DNA of 61,996 bases, counting the filler, from Choristocarpus tenellus KU-1152 (taxonomy: Eukaryota > Protista > Phaeophyceae), in assembly GCA_964200185.2 (NCBI GenBank). It is 11 parts of 11 records of this genome, joined end to end, with 100 filler letters (N's around TTAATTAATTAA, not from the genome) between each part and the next. Parts side by side here need not be neighbours in the genome. Positions count along the whole stretch, not along the records: positions 29,841 to 40,222 come from CAXNAD020002960.1; positions 40,323 to 43,711 come from CAXNAD020020370.1; positions 43,812 to 46,716 come from CAXNAD020023762.1; positions 46,817 to 50,873 come from CAXNAD020016447.1; 7 more parts are not named here. The stretch is one strand, 5' to 3'. How positions within the stretch are numbered: the first letter of the stretch is position 1; the number at the start of each line of letters is the position of its first letter. The notes beneath the pieces were generated by a model. That model worked only from the letters and a program-made list of their open reading frames with translations, was not told the origin of the DNA and made no database searches. Below are positions 34,501-47,300 of this stretch, piece after piece. A program made the position numbers and the translations under genes.

Positions 34501-37364
34501 CTCTGACTGTCTGGAATTGATTACTCTCCTGGCTTCTGTTGTTACAGACTGGATGTACAAGAAATACATTGGTAAAAATAGGGTGATGAAGATATGTGTC
34601 CAATTCCTAAGCGTGCAAGGCTCTATGCTGCTTTGTGTGTCTGTTGTGTCGCATACACAAATCCATATATTGTCGTGAATGGAGAAAATCTATTTCGTTT
34701 ACTTCCTCACACTTACCCTTTGCAAGATGTTTTTTCCACTCATGGTTGTTGTACTACTGTGTAACTTACACTAACACGGTGTTCCCAATACCAGGCTAGA
34801 GCTGCCATTTCTCAGCTTTGTGACACAGAACTCTTGGGTCGCCCCATCCTGGTAAGGGAGGATCATGGAGAAGGAGATCGGCGAGGAGGGGGTATGAATG
34901 GTGGTTCTGCTGGTGCTCGTGTTTATGTGGGAAACATCAGCTGGGATGTGGCGTGGCAGGACCTGAAGGACTATATGAGACAGGTGAGATGTGATGTGAA
35001 GATTGCGTGGTGCGACTGCGGTATGTGTTGCAATGGCTCCTTGCTAAGGGAGAGTCTCTGATCACTTGCAGCAGGGGGTGTGCTTGTTTCTTGTGTTACT
35101 CAGGCTTTGTAAGCACACAATTGATTCTTGTTTGGTGGTGAGGCTGATATTATCATTATTTGGCATGTATGCACCCTTAGCAATAGTGCCTAATATCTGT
35201 TCAATATTTTTCTTTAGAGTGTTTGCTGTGTAAGTGGCATGAAGGCTTATTTTGACTGGTGTGTTGCACTACCAGAATAGAAAAAATTGATAGACAGGAA
35301 TGTGTTTTTTTAATGCGCTCTCAATATATTTTGTTCTGCCTTTTATAATGTTCCATTGTTATCTGTATGTGTCTTGATCTTGTCAATTACCTCTGGAGAG
35401 TTCACTGCACTTCTTGTAGGCATTCCTTGCCTGTAGTTGGGCGTGTAAGTCAACAAGAGTGATTTTGTCCCCTATTATGTCAGGCGGGCAATGTCAAGTA
35501 TGTAGATCTATTTCAAGAGCCCAATACTGGTCGTTCTAAGGGGTGTGCACTTGTGGAATATGAGCGTGCTGATGAGGCTCACATTGCTATTCGGGAGCTG
35601 AATGACACAGAGCTGATGGGGCGGCTGATTTTTGTGAGGGAGGACAGGGAGGAGGTAGGTTTACTATCCTATTTTTTTTCTGTTCTTAAGAGTCTTTTCA
35701 CCTCTACTACTTCTTTGTGTTTTTTTTGTCGTGGTTAGTCTATTGTACATGCGAGGGGCTGATGATATTGTTTGATATTTTTTCTTGTTCTGGTATTGGT
35801 GGGATGGTGCAGTTGGGACACCATTGTTAAATTTCTAGGATCTACTTAGCTGGAGGTCTTGAGATTTGTTAACTGAAAGGTATTCCTCAATGATACTGAG
35901 ATATGACCATAATATCTCACTCACATATAGGAAACATTCCTGTTAGATCCCTTACCTACCCCTTTTGTTGTTGTGAGGTATTGGAGCTGGTGCAGTGTCT
36001 ACCCCTCTGTGATTACCATTCTTGTGTGCGCTTTTGTTGGGTGTTAATTCCTGCTAGAAAACCCTTCTCATTTGTTTAGTTGGAGGTGTCTACAGTGCTG
36101 TCCTACCTATTGTATTAAATCTTTACATAAGGATGTTGAATTGTGTTGCTAAACCAGGCTCAATATCTATGCGCTGTGTTTGTGCTGTGTAGGATATGAG
36201 GTGAATTTAACTCTGAGGAACTGTAGGACCAATTCAACTGAAAATGTTGAGCTTGTTTTCATTATCTCACATATATGACAGCGCGCCCTTGCTATTCAGG
36301 TCTATTCTTTTTTTGCTGTCGTCCATTTCGAAAGCTCCCTCAACATTAGAGGCCTTGCTCGATTGACTTTATCTGCGTCTGAAGTAGGAAGGAGTACCTG
36401 TGCTGTGAAGTAGAGACCTCAAGACACTTGGTATGGCACACAAACTACTTTTTTTTCTTGTGTATACGAAACTGTAGGGAATAGCCCTCAACAAGGGTAT
36501 GGGGTCCATAGGTGGGGAGCAGCAACTCCCAGCAGGTGGTGTGTACCCAGGTGCTGAAGGGCGGCAGGTGTATGTGGGAAACCTGTCATGGGAGTGTGAC
36601 TGGAAGGAACTCAAGGTGTGTGCATTTTATCTTCCTCATGCATGTATAGGTCCAAGGTTTTTTGTTGGGTTGGTGCCATCTCGTGAAGAATCGGAATTCC
36701 TTGGAGGCTAGTGTTTGGTGTACTGTTTTGATCCTAGTGTGCATAGATCTCAAGGGTAGCCCATGGAGAAGAGTGTCGAAAGGTTTGTAATATTTGATAT
36801 TCGGGGTGATGTTTAGAAAGACCAGTCGTGTTGAGAACTTGGCCTAAGTTTGAGGCATTATATTTTTTTGTTGTGATCTCTTTTTAGGTTTAAAATGTGG
36901 TTTTGAGTTTCAAGTGAAGGGCCGTGCGCATTGGAGGTTTTGTGTGCATGCCCCAACGTGCCAACGTGATTGAGAACTTAGTCTGAATACTTTGGGCTCT
37001 TTCTTGGTGTGGATGCTGGCAGGTGTTGCAACAAATTTACTGGCATGCCATGGTCTACTGATTCCAACCTATTCAGTGTTGTACTGTTGCCAATATCCTG
37101 ACCTAAGTTGCATCCTTTATCTCTACCCTTCCATCTAAAACTGCACCTATTTCCTCCTATGTTTGTGGTTTGACTTTTCAGGACCACTTCAAGCAGGTGG
37201 GCAATGTCCAGTTTGTTGAGATTCCTGAGGATGATCAGGGTCGCTCAAAGGGGTATGCCACAGTTCGCTACTCATCAGAGCAGGGTGCAGACCGTGCTAT
37301 CCGGGACCTGAATGAAAGCGTGCTGTTAGGGAGGCGTATTCTTGTACGCGAGGACAATCGCTAG
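31564..37364 (+). CDS. Four-RRM RNA-binding protein, Gbp2/Hrb1/G-strand-binding-protein-like (hnRNP M/MYEF2-related), 463 aa, 9 exons
   Basis: Manual splicing with GT-AG at every junction and an open frame throughout: 31564-31593, 31854-32150, 32736-32743, 33768-33990, 34301-34453, 34795-34983, 35484-35654, 36478-36615, 37182-37364 (1392 nt including TAG). Four RRMs with RNP2 (VFVGNL, VFCGNL, VYVGNI, VYVGNL), WQDLKD/WKELKD helix motifs, RNP1 (RSKGYGVVEF, RSKGCGVVEY, RSKGCALVEY, RSKGYATVRY), C-terminal GRxIxxRED and RGG linkers. Confidence 0.93.
32736..32743 (+). CDS. 8-nt microexon (GGCTACGG) of the RRM gene encoding G-Y-G of RNP1
   Basis: Preceded by a long pyrimidine tract and CAG, followed by donor GTGGGT. 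It supplies exactly the phase and residues missing between ...GRSK (32150) and T-GTG-GTG-GAG-TTC (33768). Confidence 0.88.
32873..32920 (+). repeat. G-run tract (GGGT)n/poly-G with G-quadruplex potential in intron 3 of the RRM gene
   Basis: GGGGGGATGGGGGGGTGGGGGTGGGTGGGTGGGTGGGTGGGGGGGGGG. Confidence 0.85.
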
Positions 37365-40322
37365 AGATTAATAATAATAAGAGTTGTCAAAAGTGCATAC
37401 TGGTCATAGTTTTCTATTGAGAACTTTATGGGATTGTGACAAGGTAAAAAAAGTTGCCTCGGCATGCGTGTCCACACTTGTGTTCTGATGTATAGGGCAG
37501 TGTGTGTGTGAATGTGTGTTTTAGTGGTCGTTGGTAAATCATGCTTTGTTGAAATTTGTGGGTTTGTAAGTGGGAGGCAAGGTAATGGTACATGTTACTG
37601 AGTCTGGAAGGAAGTGCTCATGGTTGGCTCGTGAGTGGAGTTGGATGCAAGAGGTTTGTCCATGAGTGGCTGGAGTGCAAAGCATATTAGCAAGGATTGC
37701 GGTGTGCATTATGCCTTGGGTTGCCTTCAATTTTTTTATGGGTTACTGTAGTATTCATTGCAATAAGGGGGGTGTCGCAGTCTCATTGTGGAAACAGGTA
37801 TCATGTTGTGTCTTTGCTGACAGCAGATAGAAAAGGTAGGATGCTGCATTAGGTTGCCATGTGTCAAGTTGCTTTGACTGAAAGGGTGCCTAGATATGAT
37901 ATGTGGTCATTGGTGGGCTTGGTATTGGAGGGTATTGTCTCAATATTGATGACACAAGGTCCAGTGATAGTTTACCCCTTCAGTTTCTGTGTGTGTGACA
38001 GGGTTTGTCAAAATGGGGTTATTGCTGTGCACAAGACTAAACTGTAAAGATAAAATAAAAATGGATGCGTGCAATTCATTTCAGTGTAAACGCATGAGTT
38101 TGAAGGTTGAATTTTTCTGTTAGATGGCTCAATGAGAGCTTTATTCTCTGCATGTCTCCTATTCCTATTTATTAGCCGTGTTCATGTGTGCACACTTGTG
38201 GCATTGGTGGTTCTTCCTCGAGGTACTACATTGAGGTAAAGGCACTGTCAAAAGTGTTATTGGTTGATAACATCAAGCAGGGTGGAGGGAACTCTTTGTG
38301 TACATGGAAATGCTCGCGTTCAGCTTCAGCCTGCTCTTTTACAGCTGCTTGAGATACAATATTATTTCTTCCTATGCCTCATTGAAACCTTGCCTATATC
38401 AGTGAAATGTGAGCACATGGTAGACTAAAACCATTTTACCGTGACTATTTGTAATGCCTCTGTGTGTGTCTACCTTGTCATGTTTTTGTTCAGTCATCCC
38501 ACTGCTCGTCCCTCTGCCTCCACCCCTGATCTTGTGCGTGACTCAACACTTGATAACGAGGACATACTGCCTTTTTTTAATTGTATATAGCGACAGATAG
38601 ATGGGATGATGTAGGTGGAGTACAGCCTGTTGTGTTTACCACATGAATTTGGATAATCGAAACCAGATTTCCAGAAAAAGTTTGCAATAATGGTTTGAAC
38701 CCACATAATTAGTGCAAGGTTTACCCTCAATAGATCACTGGATCATGAGGGTACTCAACTTCATTGAATGAATCTCTGGTGAGTCCTGCAGAGATTGTAT
38801 AGGGACCATGGTGGTGAGGTGGTGTGGAACCATGCTAGAACATAGGAGATAGTATGAGATCAACCCTGTGTGATTCTGATTATTACAACTGTGGTGTATA
38901 GGATGAAGTGGCTGCAGGTATGTATATTTATTCCTATATATATATAATATATGCATGTCTTGGGAAGACATTTTGACAGAGCTGACCCCACCCATCTTGT
39001 TGACCACGGCAGCCTAGTAAAAATACTTTTTATCCTCAGCTTTCAAATGTTTTAGCGTGGTTGGCTCTACAAGCTAATCTACCCTCAAATGCTATTCTGT
39101 GAAGGTTTAGAGAGCTCTATACAGTCAATGTTCTTTGTGTGGGTGGTAGAGTATATATTTTCATCACCTGGTTGCTCTCTCCAGAAGGGCATGAAAAGTG
39201 AACAATAAACTTGTAGTGAAATCACTATCCTTGTTGAAAATACTCATACAACACCTAGAGGTCAACAGGCAGTACCATAGCACAAAGCACATCAGTATTG
39301 CAGATGATAGGCTATGATTTTGTTGACTAGATCGGGGTGATTCACTGCTGCCTATCCGTTCATCCACCTTTTCCGTGGCCTGTGAGAGTTGTAAGGTCTT
39401 TCGATTAGAGTGATACAGATATGTATCTCAAGTTGATCCTCAATATCCATGAGAAACAACTTAAAACGAATCCTTCACACCCCTTGCTTACTGCAGTGCT
39501 TCCATGTAGTCATCAACTTGTGGATTGGATTCTGTTGACCAATTTGCAAGGGTGTAACAAATATACATGGGAGGTCAGCGATTCAGATCACCCCTTTGTA
39601 AGGCCATTGTGTTATTCCCTTTCCTCAGCAAGTTGTATGACAGAATCCCCTTGCTCAAGGCATGTGTAAACAAGGGGGTACATTCCACATGAATTGGAAG
39701 CCATGAGCAGCCTGGTACAAGTACGACCTCAACCTTCTCCAATTCAAGCATTCTCCTTGCACTTGTCAATAAATGGTTGTTTGCATTTCCTGGTATGTGC
39801 TGCGCTACTTCAATAGAGCACATTCTACTCCATACTTCAAGTTTGTTTTATCTTCATGGTCTTAGGACTTGGCAGTGCTTGTTATGAACGCATGCCTCAA
39901 CAGTCACATAAGAAACACAACAACTCTTTGGGTTCTCGGATATCAAGTTGCATCAGGAATGGGTATGAATAGTATTGCCCGTTCAGGACTTCTATTTTCA
40001 TCTACCCTGGGTGATCGTAAGCCATGAACCTGCAGCATCCAAAAGTGTCGCATTCCTGCACCATGCACATCTAGAGACACAGGTAATACAGACGTGCAGG
40101 AGATCGGGGATCGGGGAGATAAGGATGTTGGGGGCGATGGTGGTGGCCTGCTCACCCTATGCGTCGTCACATGGATTTGTCGCCCAAACTGCAAGTAGGA
40201 GACTTACCACAAAAAAAAAACANNNNNNNNNNNNNNNNNNNNNNNNNNNNNNNNNNNNNNNNNNNNTTAATTAATTAANNNNNNNNNNNNNNNNNNNNNN
40301 NNNNNNNNNNNNNNNNNNNNNN

Positions 40323-40600
40323 CCAGATTTGAATGAACTGGATTATTTGTTTCTGGGAAAATCACTACCATTACCGGATGTGGACCATAAAATATCTCAA
40401 CCTGTTATTGGCCAATACACTATTGATAGCATTGTTGGACATAGACCTGGTCCTGGTCGTCATTCATCCACTAATGTTATTTATCGCCTTCGTCTTTGTG
40501 GCTATGGGCCGTCTGTGATCTTCACAAAAGAATAGAACAGATCCCACAATGCCGTGAAATGATTGCAGCCTATCGTGTAGTAAATGGATTGGATAACCAG
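40323..40600 (+). mobile_element. Chromodomain-like C-terminus of a Ty3/gypsy (chromovirus-type) pol, degenerate
   Basis: YTIDSIVGHR...IYRLRLCGYGP...EQIPQCREMIAAYR fits the chromodomain pattern. One frameshift. Confidence 0.65.
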
Positions 40601-43284
40601 CAAAAATTCTCGTCCCGCAGAGTGTTGACTTGAGAATTCGTGTTTACTCTTATCATTCTCCTTTGCATAGTCTGTATATCGTGCATGGCCGTCGTGTTGT
40701 AACCTATCGTTTCAGAAAAGAGATTGTCGTGTGTATGTGTGGTACAGATATCAGTTGTATTATTAATGGAGTCGTTTAATACAGTGGTGCAATAGTATAC
40801 TAACAGTCACATGTTTCCCATTTCGCTCCCAGAGCTCGCTTTTTGGTTGACCTAGAAACATGTTTACATGGCTTCAAGGCCGATCAGAAGGGAGGTAATG
40901 TGGAAAGCATGTTTGCCCCCCGTTGTGATACTGTTATTTCCGAATGCCATATACCGTTATACCGTTGTACCGATTGAGGTTCCCATTCAAGCATCCATGA
41001 TTCCACTTCAGGACCCTCCGTCAGTATGGAACCATGGAATTATTGGCATCATATTATTATTAAGCCCTTTGACACTTTGCAGATGTGCATGGAATGTTTT
41101 CACGTGACCAGCCACACATGGAAGATCCATGTTTCACACATGGAAGACTTGGGATAGTTTGTCATTCAGATTTTTCACACATGGAAGAACCACTTTGTTC
41201 TCATGTCTTGACTGAGGGTGATGAAACCCCGTCCTTTGATGATGCTCATCACTCCTCAATTTGCACTTGTCCAACCTTAACCTCGTACCCTCAGTTACGT
41301 TTCGTCCTTGTTCATCCGGTCCGTCTTGCCCGGTGATTCTCTTCTGAACCACGCCGCAACAGAATCACACGATTCACAGAGAGAATAATATCTATAAAAT
41401 TATGCCATTCAAGCACAACTTCAACCTGATTTCCCTAGCATTCTTCCCTCCCTATAAATTCATGTACTTCACAATAATACAGCAACTACGTATACATGGA
41501 GTATATATATCCCTTGACCTTACGAAGAACTCAGCATGCGGGTATCTCACTCAAAAGGAAAACCACCAAAATGAAACTGATCCTTCAACTTAAATATTTC
41601 ACCCATTCAACCCTACTTAAATCACTGGTTTATTTCATGTTGGAATCTGGTGTCTATCATGAGCCAGTGTGTGGGCTAACCGTTTCTTTCTACCTTGTTT
41701 TCCTTTAATTATTGGCATATAAATAGAAACGTTGAAATTATCTTCTGTGTCACAGGAACTTTGAATTTTGACTGCTGTTAAGAGAGTGAGATTTGCATTT
41801 TTTGATGGGATAACGTTATAGGATGTAGGCTAAGCAGTAAAATGTGGTGTTTACGAAACAACTATGTTCGTGTTTTGCATCATGTCTTACGGGACATATT
41901 CAAGTGCCTGTTAAAAAAAAGGAGCGTGAGCTGGGGAGGGATTCGACTGCGTACCAGTGTCAATTTTTTGGGAGTTACCCAGGCAACACAGGGCTGGTAT
42001 AGAAATATGATCAATAGTGGTACCTCTCGCTCCAGTTATTTCACCATCTTAATTGTGTACTGCTCTTGAGAGGGTAGGTTCTCAACAAGATCAAAGAAAT
42101 ATTGATGATACACCACATGCACATTTTTTCAAGATCATGGGGGTACACAATTCACCTACTATCATCACACCAATACAAACAAGAACCAGCTTTAATTCGC
42201 TAGTGACACCCCTAATCCTCAGTCTTTTCATCCAAACAATGCGCATCTGACTGCCAACTGGAAGCAACCAACAGTCAAAAATAGCAGCTATATCCCCCTC
42301 ACTATCACAGGTTTGTCACCATGAAAGGTTGCTTTCACTTCTTCCTCTCACCCCTCCAAACATATTCTTCGAAGCATACATATAGTAGTTCAATTATTCA
42401 TTCCCCTCCTCTGCCTTTCCAATCGCACACCCTTGATTCCTTGACCATTTCTCTCTGATCCTGAGAGGGCTTGCAGGCAGGTCTAGGAGCCCAGGTAGTA
42501 CTTGCACGGAACTAGAAACTGAATCCCGATACACACAAAACAAGCTGCACACATCCTGTAGTGTGAGTGCACCAATAGGACATGCACACAGAGACTAGGT
42601 AAAGAATAGAAGCGGATTGGCAAACCTAAGCCTATTTCAATCCAACACATCTCAAGCATGGTATACTTGGCAACTGGATGAACTCAACAAGGGCGACATA
42701 CCACGTCTTTCAATGTTCATACTGCCCTTGTGCTCTTTCGGTCAGGCAGGGTCCATTACGAAATTGTCAGTTGTTGTGTGCAAAAATACACAAGAACTCT
42801 GCTTTCCTCCTCTGCAACGGAACAAAAACGTTGAAGTAAGCAAAAGCTCTGCAGCTCTGCCAGCATCCACAACTACCTCACTTGTTCAGTCAGCACTCAA
42901 CTGGACCATTTGCTGCTACCTCCTCTCAACCTTCCACATACAACAGATAATGGAAAGTGGTCACGTTTTGGACAAGAACCTGGACCAGTCCAGGACAGAG
43001 TTATCTTTCTTTGACAACATGGTTTGGTTCAGCTTTGCCTTCGTGTGTGGCCAGATCATGAGCATCATGATCCAAGTGCCATTTTCAATCAACACGTGAA
43101 GCCTAGGCTGGAAATCACACACAACACAGTACACCACACACTGCCTTTTCATGGTCTAAACCTAACAGCCCAGAGCATCCAGAACTCAAAACCATTACTG
43201 CCCATGCTCGTTTCTCCCATTCAGGTCTGTTTCTGCCTTTCTCTCCAACCCCTCAAAAGCCAAAAAAAAATCCCCCTCAGCCTA

Positions 43285-43711
43285 TCATCTTGCGGGTGGG
43301 AGTGGAAGATCCATGAGCCTATTGAGTTGCAGTCCCAATTGTCGTGTGTGACGCTCACTCTCTTGCCACTTTACCTCGTTCAACAAGAACCGGTCCTGCA
43401 GCTCCAAAAACTCCGCCTTCAGTGCCACCAAGCGGTCCGTGATTGCAGGTCCTGCCCCGGCTCCCCGCCCCAGCCCTGCCCCCCACATCGACCTTGCTCC
43501 TGTCCCTGCCCCTCCTTCCACGTCTCCTCCTCGCGGCCTAGTTCCTTGTGGAGTCCCCCCTGGCCCCGGCATCATCCCACCACCCTGCCCACGGTAGACT
43601 TTCCCTGAGGCCTGAGCCACAACCCCTTGTCCACCTGGAGACGCCAACCTTGCTGGTCCCGGCGAAGCATGCCTTACAGGTGCCCCTCCTGGAGATGCAA
43701 GTCGTCCTGGG
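43285..43711 (-). CDS. Partial GC-rich ORF with Gly-rich segment and coiled coil, function unknown
   Basis: ORF 43285-43647 contains ITDRLVALKAEFLELQDRFLLNEVKWQESERHTRQLGLQLNRL (heptad pattern). It lies next to a contig end and may be TE-derived. Confidence 0.35.
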
Positions 43712-43877
43712 NNNNNNNNNNNNNNNNNNNNNNNNNNNNNNNNNNNNNNNNNNNNTTAATTAATTAANNNNNNNNNNNNNNNNNNNNNNNNNNNNNNNNN
43801 NNNNNNNNNNNACAAGTTGTCAAGTATGCTGGATCTCTCACTTGGATTATCATCAATATAATCGTATAAAAAGGAAA

Positions 43878-44138
43878 GAGCCAAATTATCTTAGAGGGTA
43901 GAGAGCCGCGTCCATTTGGGGGTCAAAATCCAATGTTGCAATTTTGATGTAATTTTGGTCATAGTGTTTGTTAGGAAGTGTTAACATCCATGCTGTGGTC
44001 ACACCTTTTCATAAGGTATACATTTTACCTACTCTGAAACATATTGGAGTAGGAAAATGTCATAAAAAACCCCATGGGAAGCCAAGCCCCAAATGGACAA
44101 ACAGGGCAAAACTCGTACCCTCTAAGACACTTTCACTC
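43878..44138. mobile_element. MITE family A, full length
   Basis: Terminal inverted repeats present, flanks share 3 bp (AAA). Confidence 0.93.
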
Positions 44139-44701
44139 AAATGTCTCGGTAGGACCTCCATGTTACAGCGTGCCCCCTGAGATCACCTCCACAGGATGTA
44201 CAACTCAAATCCAATGACCTTAAAACGACGGTATGGGGACGTTGACCTTGATAACAGTTTGTTGCGTGTCAGATAGCCTTTTTCTCTTGATACTCCAATC
44301 AGTGCTTAGCTCAAAGCTCGACTCAATGTCAAGTTCAAAATAAGAAAAACTGATAAAGGGGGGTAAGGTGTTTTGACCAAAGCCCTCTTATTATTTTCAT
44401 CCACCCAATTTCTTTGGTCTTCTATGCAACTGCTCTATACATACTCCAATCATTATTCTGCACCTTCTTAGGAGCTTTGACATTTTCTTCTGTAATGTTA
44501 CGTATGCATTACAAATCTTATTCTATATCTTCTACGAAATAGGCATTTATTCTGTAAGGCTACCTATGTGTTACTAATATCGTATATTGTTTGCACTTGT
44601 TACAACGCAAGAAACAATGCTCGCACTATTCGTCTGTGACAAATGTTCGTGTTTGCTAAAACATGAGAAGAAATGCTCGCGCTATTCGCCTGTAACACAT
44701 C

Positions 44702-45050
44702 TTGTGTGCTGTAGAAAACACTTCCGCTCCTATATTTGGCGTAGCAAATTCAATTTACATTACTCACTGCTCAGCCCTGACTTGGCTCTTTAAAGCTCAT
44801 GAACTTAGCCCCAAGCTCCACAGATGGGCTCTCCGACTCATGGACCATGACATGGAACTGAAGTTGCGCACAGGTTCGAAGCATCAGCTACCAGACGGAC
44901 TGTCACGACTCTCCTCACTAACTACACCAGGTTTGGAGATCGATGATTCCTTTCCTGATGATCCGTCAGTAGCATGTCGCAAGAGCTACGCTGGACCAAG
45001 AGGACCCGCCTTAGATGGTGTATGTTTGCAAGGCTTAGGTGCACCAGACC
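44702..45050 (+). mobile_element. Ty3/gypsy RNase H remnant
   Basis: KHFRSYIW...ITHCSALTWLFKAHELSPKLHRWALRLMDHDMELKLRTGSKHQLPDGLSRL matches the TDxxAL...RWxxxL...ADxLSR RNase H signature. Confidence 0.88.
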
Positions 45051-46697
45051 CTAGCCCATGCCCACAATGTCCCCTTGTTCTCTCTGTGATTTAGTGGATT
45101 CATAGCTAGAATATAGTTCTCCCTCACATGAAGAACCTAGTTTAGGGGTTGCAAAAATAACACATTGGGGAACAGCTGGTACTACATGTTCAGGAATACT
45201 GTCAACACTGCAAAGCTGTCACACAGAAGCTGACAGTCACAACTCAAGAATTGAAGATTGTCACCCAATAGACCCCAAGATCAAAGTCTATCAATACCTA
45301 CGCCCCCTCCTTCTGGTTGGATGGCCCCAGATAAGATGCCTAGTGTAGACCCGACACTTGCCTCACGGCAGCCTCTCCCACCATCTAACACATCCAACAC
45401 TCTTGTATGGGTACCTTTAAACCTTACCCTTGAAGACGAGGTAGAAGTAAAGGGAACAATGGGAGAAGAGAAGCTACCATGCAAGAAAAGGCGCAAAGGT
45501 ACAACACGGCCAAAGGACAAGAAGGCTAGAGAGAAGAGATGCATCTATCTATAGTTGGGGGGCTGCGAGTATACATCATGATTTAAAAGGGGTTGGGTCG
45601 GCAGTCGCTAAATTTCGAAGTTGTACTAATATTTCGGTAAAAGATATCATACTTATTTGATGTGTTTCATGAACTCATACCCCCACGCATCACTCATACA
45701 TACACATAGTTTGACCTGGGGTCGCTCACAATAGTTACAGATGTCCAATGCTGCAAGTGTAGTGATAGCTACTAGTATCTCATGCACAACAGTTTGGCGT
45801 GCAGTGCTTCAGGTAAGAATCACTTTGATGAAGAGAAAACTGTAGTAGGTGTCAAAAGAATGCCGAAGAACATGGTACATACAAATAGTATATATTTGAA
45901 TTTGGATGTCATTATGAATATAATATTATGGTTAATACTTCATGTATTATCTTCATCAACTTCATGAGCAATAATGTCTGCAGACTAAATACTCTGTTTT
46001 TTAAGTGCTGGGTCTTCTTTAATTGTTGCTATAGGCTACAGTCTTGCCCAACCAAACACGCCCATAGAAGCTCAACCTCACTTTGCAGTTCCCTCTTTCT
46101 TCCTTAAGGTCTTGAAGCACTTGAAGTCTGTCGCTACACAAGTGACTCTCTCAAGATGTGTCAAGCTGGAGACACTAGGGAGATGAGATGGGCAAGGAGG
46201 TGCCTGTCAGGTTCTTTGGATCTTCCCTAGCTCCTCGTCCACTTGTGTAGGGGTAGTTGGAGGCATAGCACCAATGCACACATGACACTGAAATTGCCAA
46301 CCTTGAAGGGAGTGTTGTAGCATAGCGGGTGTTCATATAGTAAATAGTTTTTGGAGAGATACATTGGACATTTATGTTGAGATCTGAATCGAATACATCT
46401 TACATGTAAGCAAAATATGTAGACTACGAGCGATGAGGAATCATGGTGTTGCAAAGCAACAATGAGTAATATGCGTAGTCTGTGTTGTGGATAGATTTGA
46501 TTGTGCTGTAAAACACCGATTTATTTATTCTGTTGTAACTGAGGTCATTGATCTCTCAGTCAAGAATGATGTCACGTGAATTCAGTGTTCTTTCATGATG
46601 AGATACTCAACGAAAGAAGTCCATGCTCTATGGAGAGGCTTGTTGCCTTGGCTGGCAAGGGTTTCCGCGGATGGTTTTAACTCTGATTATATTACAC

Positions 46698-46716
46698 GAC
46701 CCAAAATATCTGTGGG
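46698..46716. mobile_element. MITE family B terminus at contig end
   Basis: GACCCAAAATATCTGTGGG before gap. Confidence 0.6.
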
Positions 46717-46816
46717 NNNNNNNNNNNNNNNNNNNNNNNNNNNNNNNNNNNNNNNNNNNNTTAATTAATTAANNNNNNNNNNNNNNNNNNNNNNNNNNNN
46801 NNNNNNNNNNNNNNNN

Positions 46817-47300
46817 ATCTCTGGTTTTTCTGGCAAGATGGATATCAATTTGTGCCTTCTGGATATCTATCTGGTGGTGACAAACACGCCACAATAAGGG
46901 ACAGTCATCCGTAGTTGGGGTCGATGTGTGCCTCAGGATGTTCCATCTCGGACGAGCCCTTGTACCCCGGGTTGATTGAGTCCCGCCAGACCCTGCACAC
47001 CAGTTAGTTGGGTGGATGCAGGTTGCAAGGGGCTCATCAATCCTGGCGTAACATGTCCTTTCAAGAGGTAACACCTTCTGATACAGGTCAGCCCCAGGGA
47101 GGATGGGAATTGCTACTGTTGTTCCGAGGTGTGTGGTCAAGGATGTGCCCCTGAAACGGGTGCCATATATGCAGTGGCGAATGCGTACTTGTCCGAAACC
47201 AAGAAGACCCTGTTGGCCTCGCGTCCAGTTTGAAATTTAGTCTGGATGGGAACGGATTACGGCGCTCGCTATCAGTGTCGCTCTGGGGCTGAGGGGTGGG
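46817..47300 (-). mobile_element. Possible heavily decayed Ty3/gypsy RNase H-region remnant
   Basis: RHCIYGTRFR followed after a frameshift by ILDHTP resembles RHYLYGxxFxxxTDHxPL. Little else is recognisable. Confidence 0.35.

Noticed and set aside
41112-41192. Three copies of CACACATGGAAGA
   Set aside because: Short irregular local repeat with no supporting structure.
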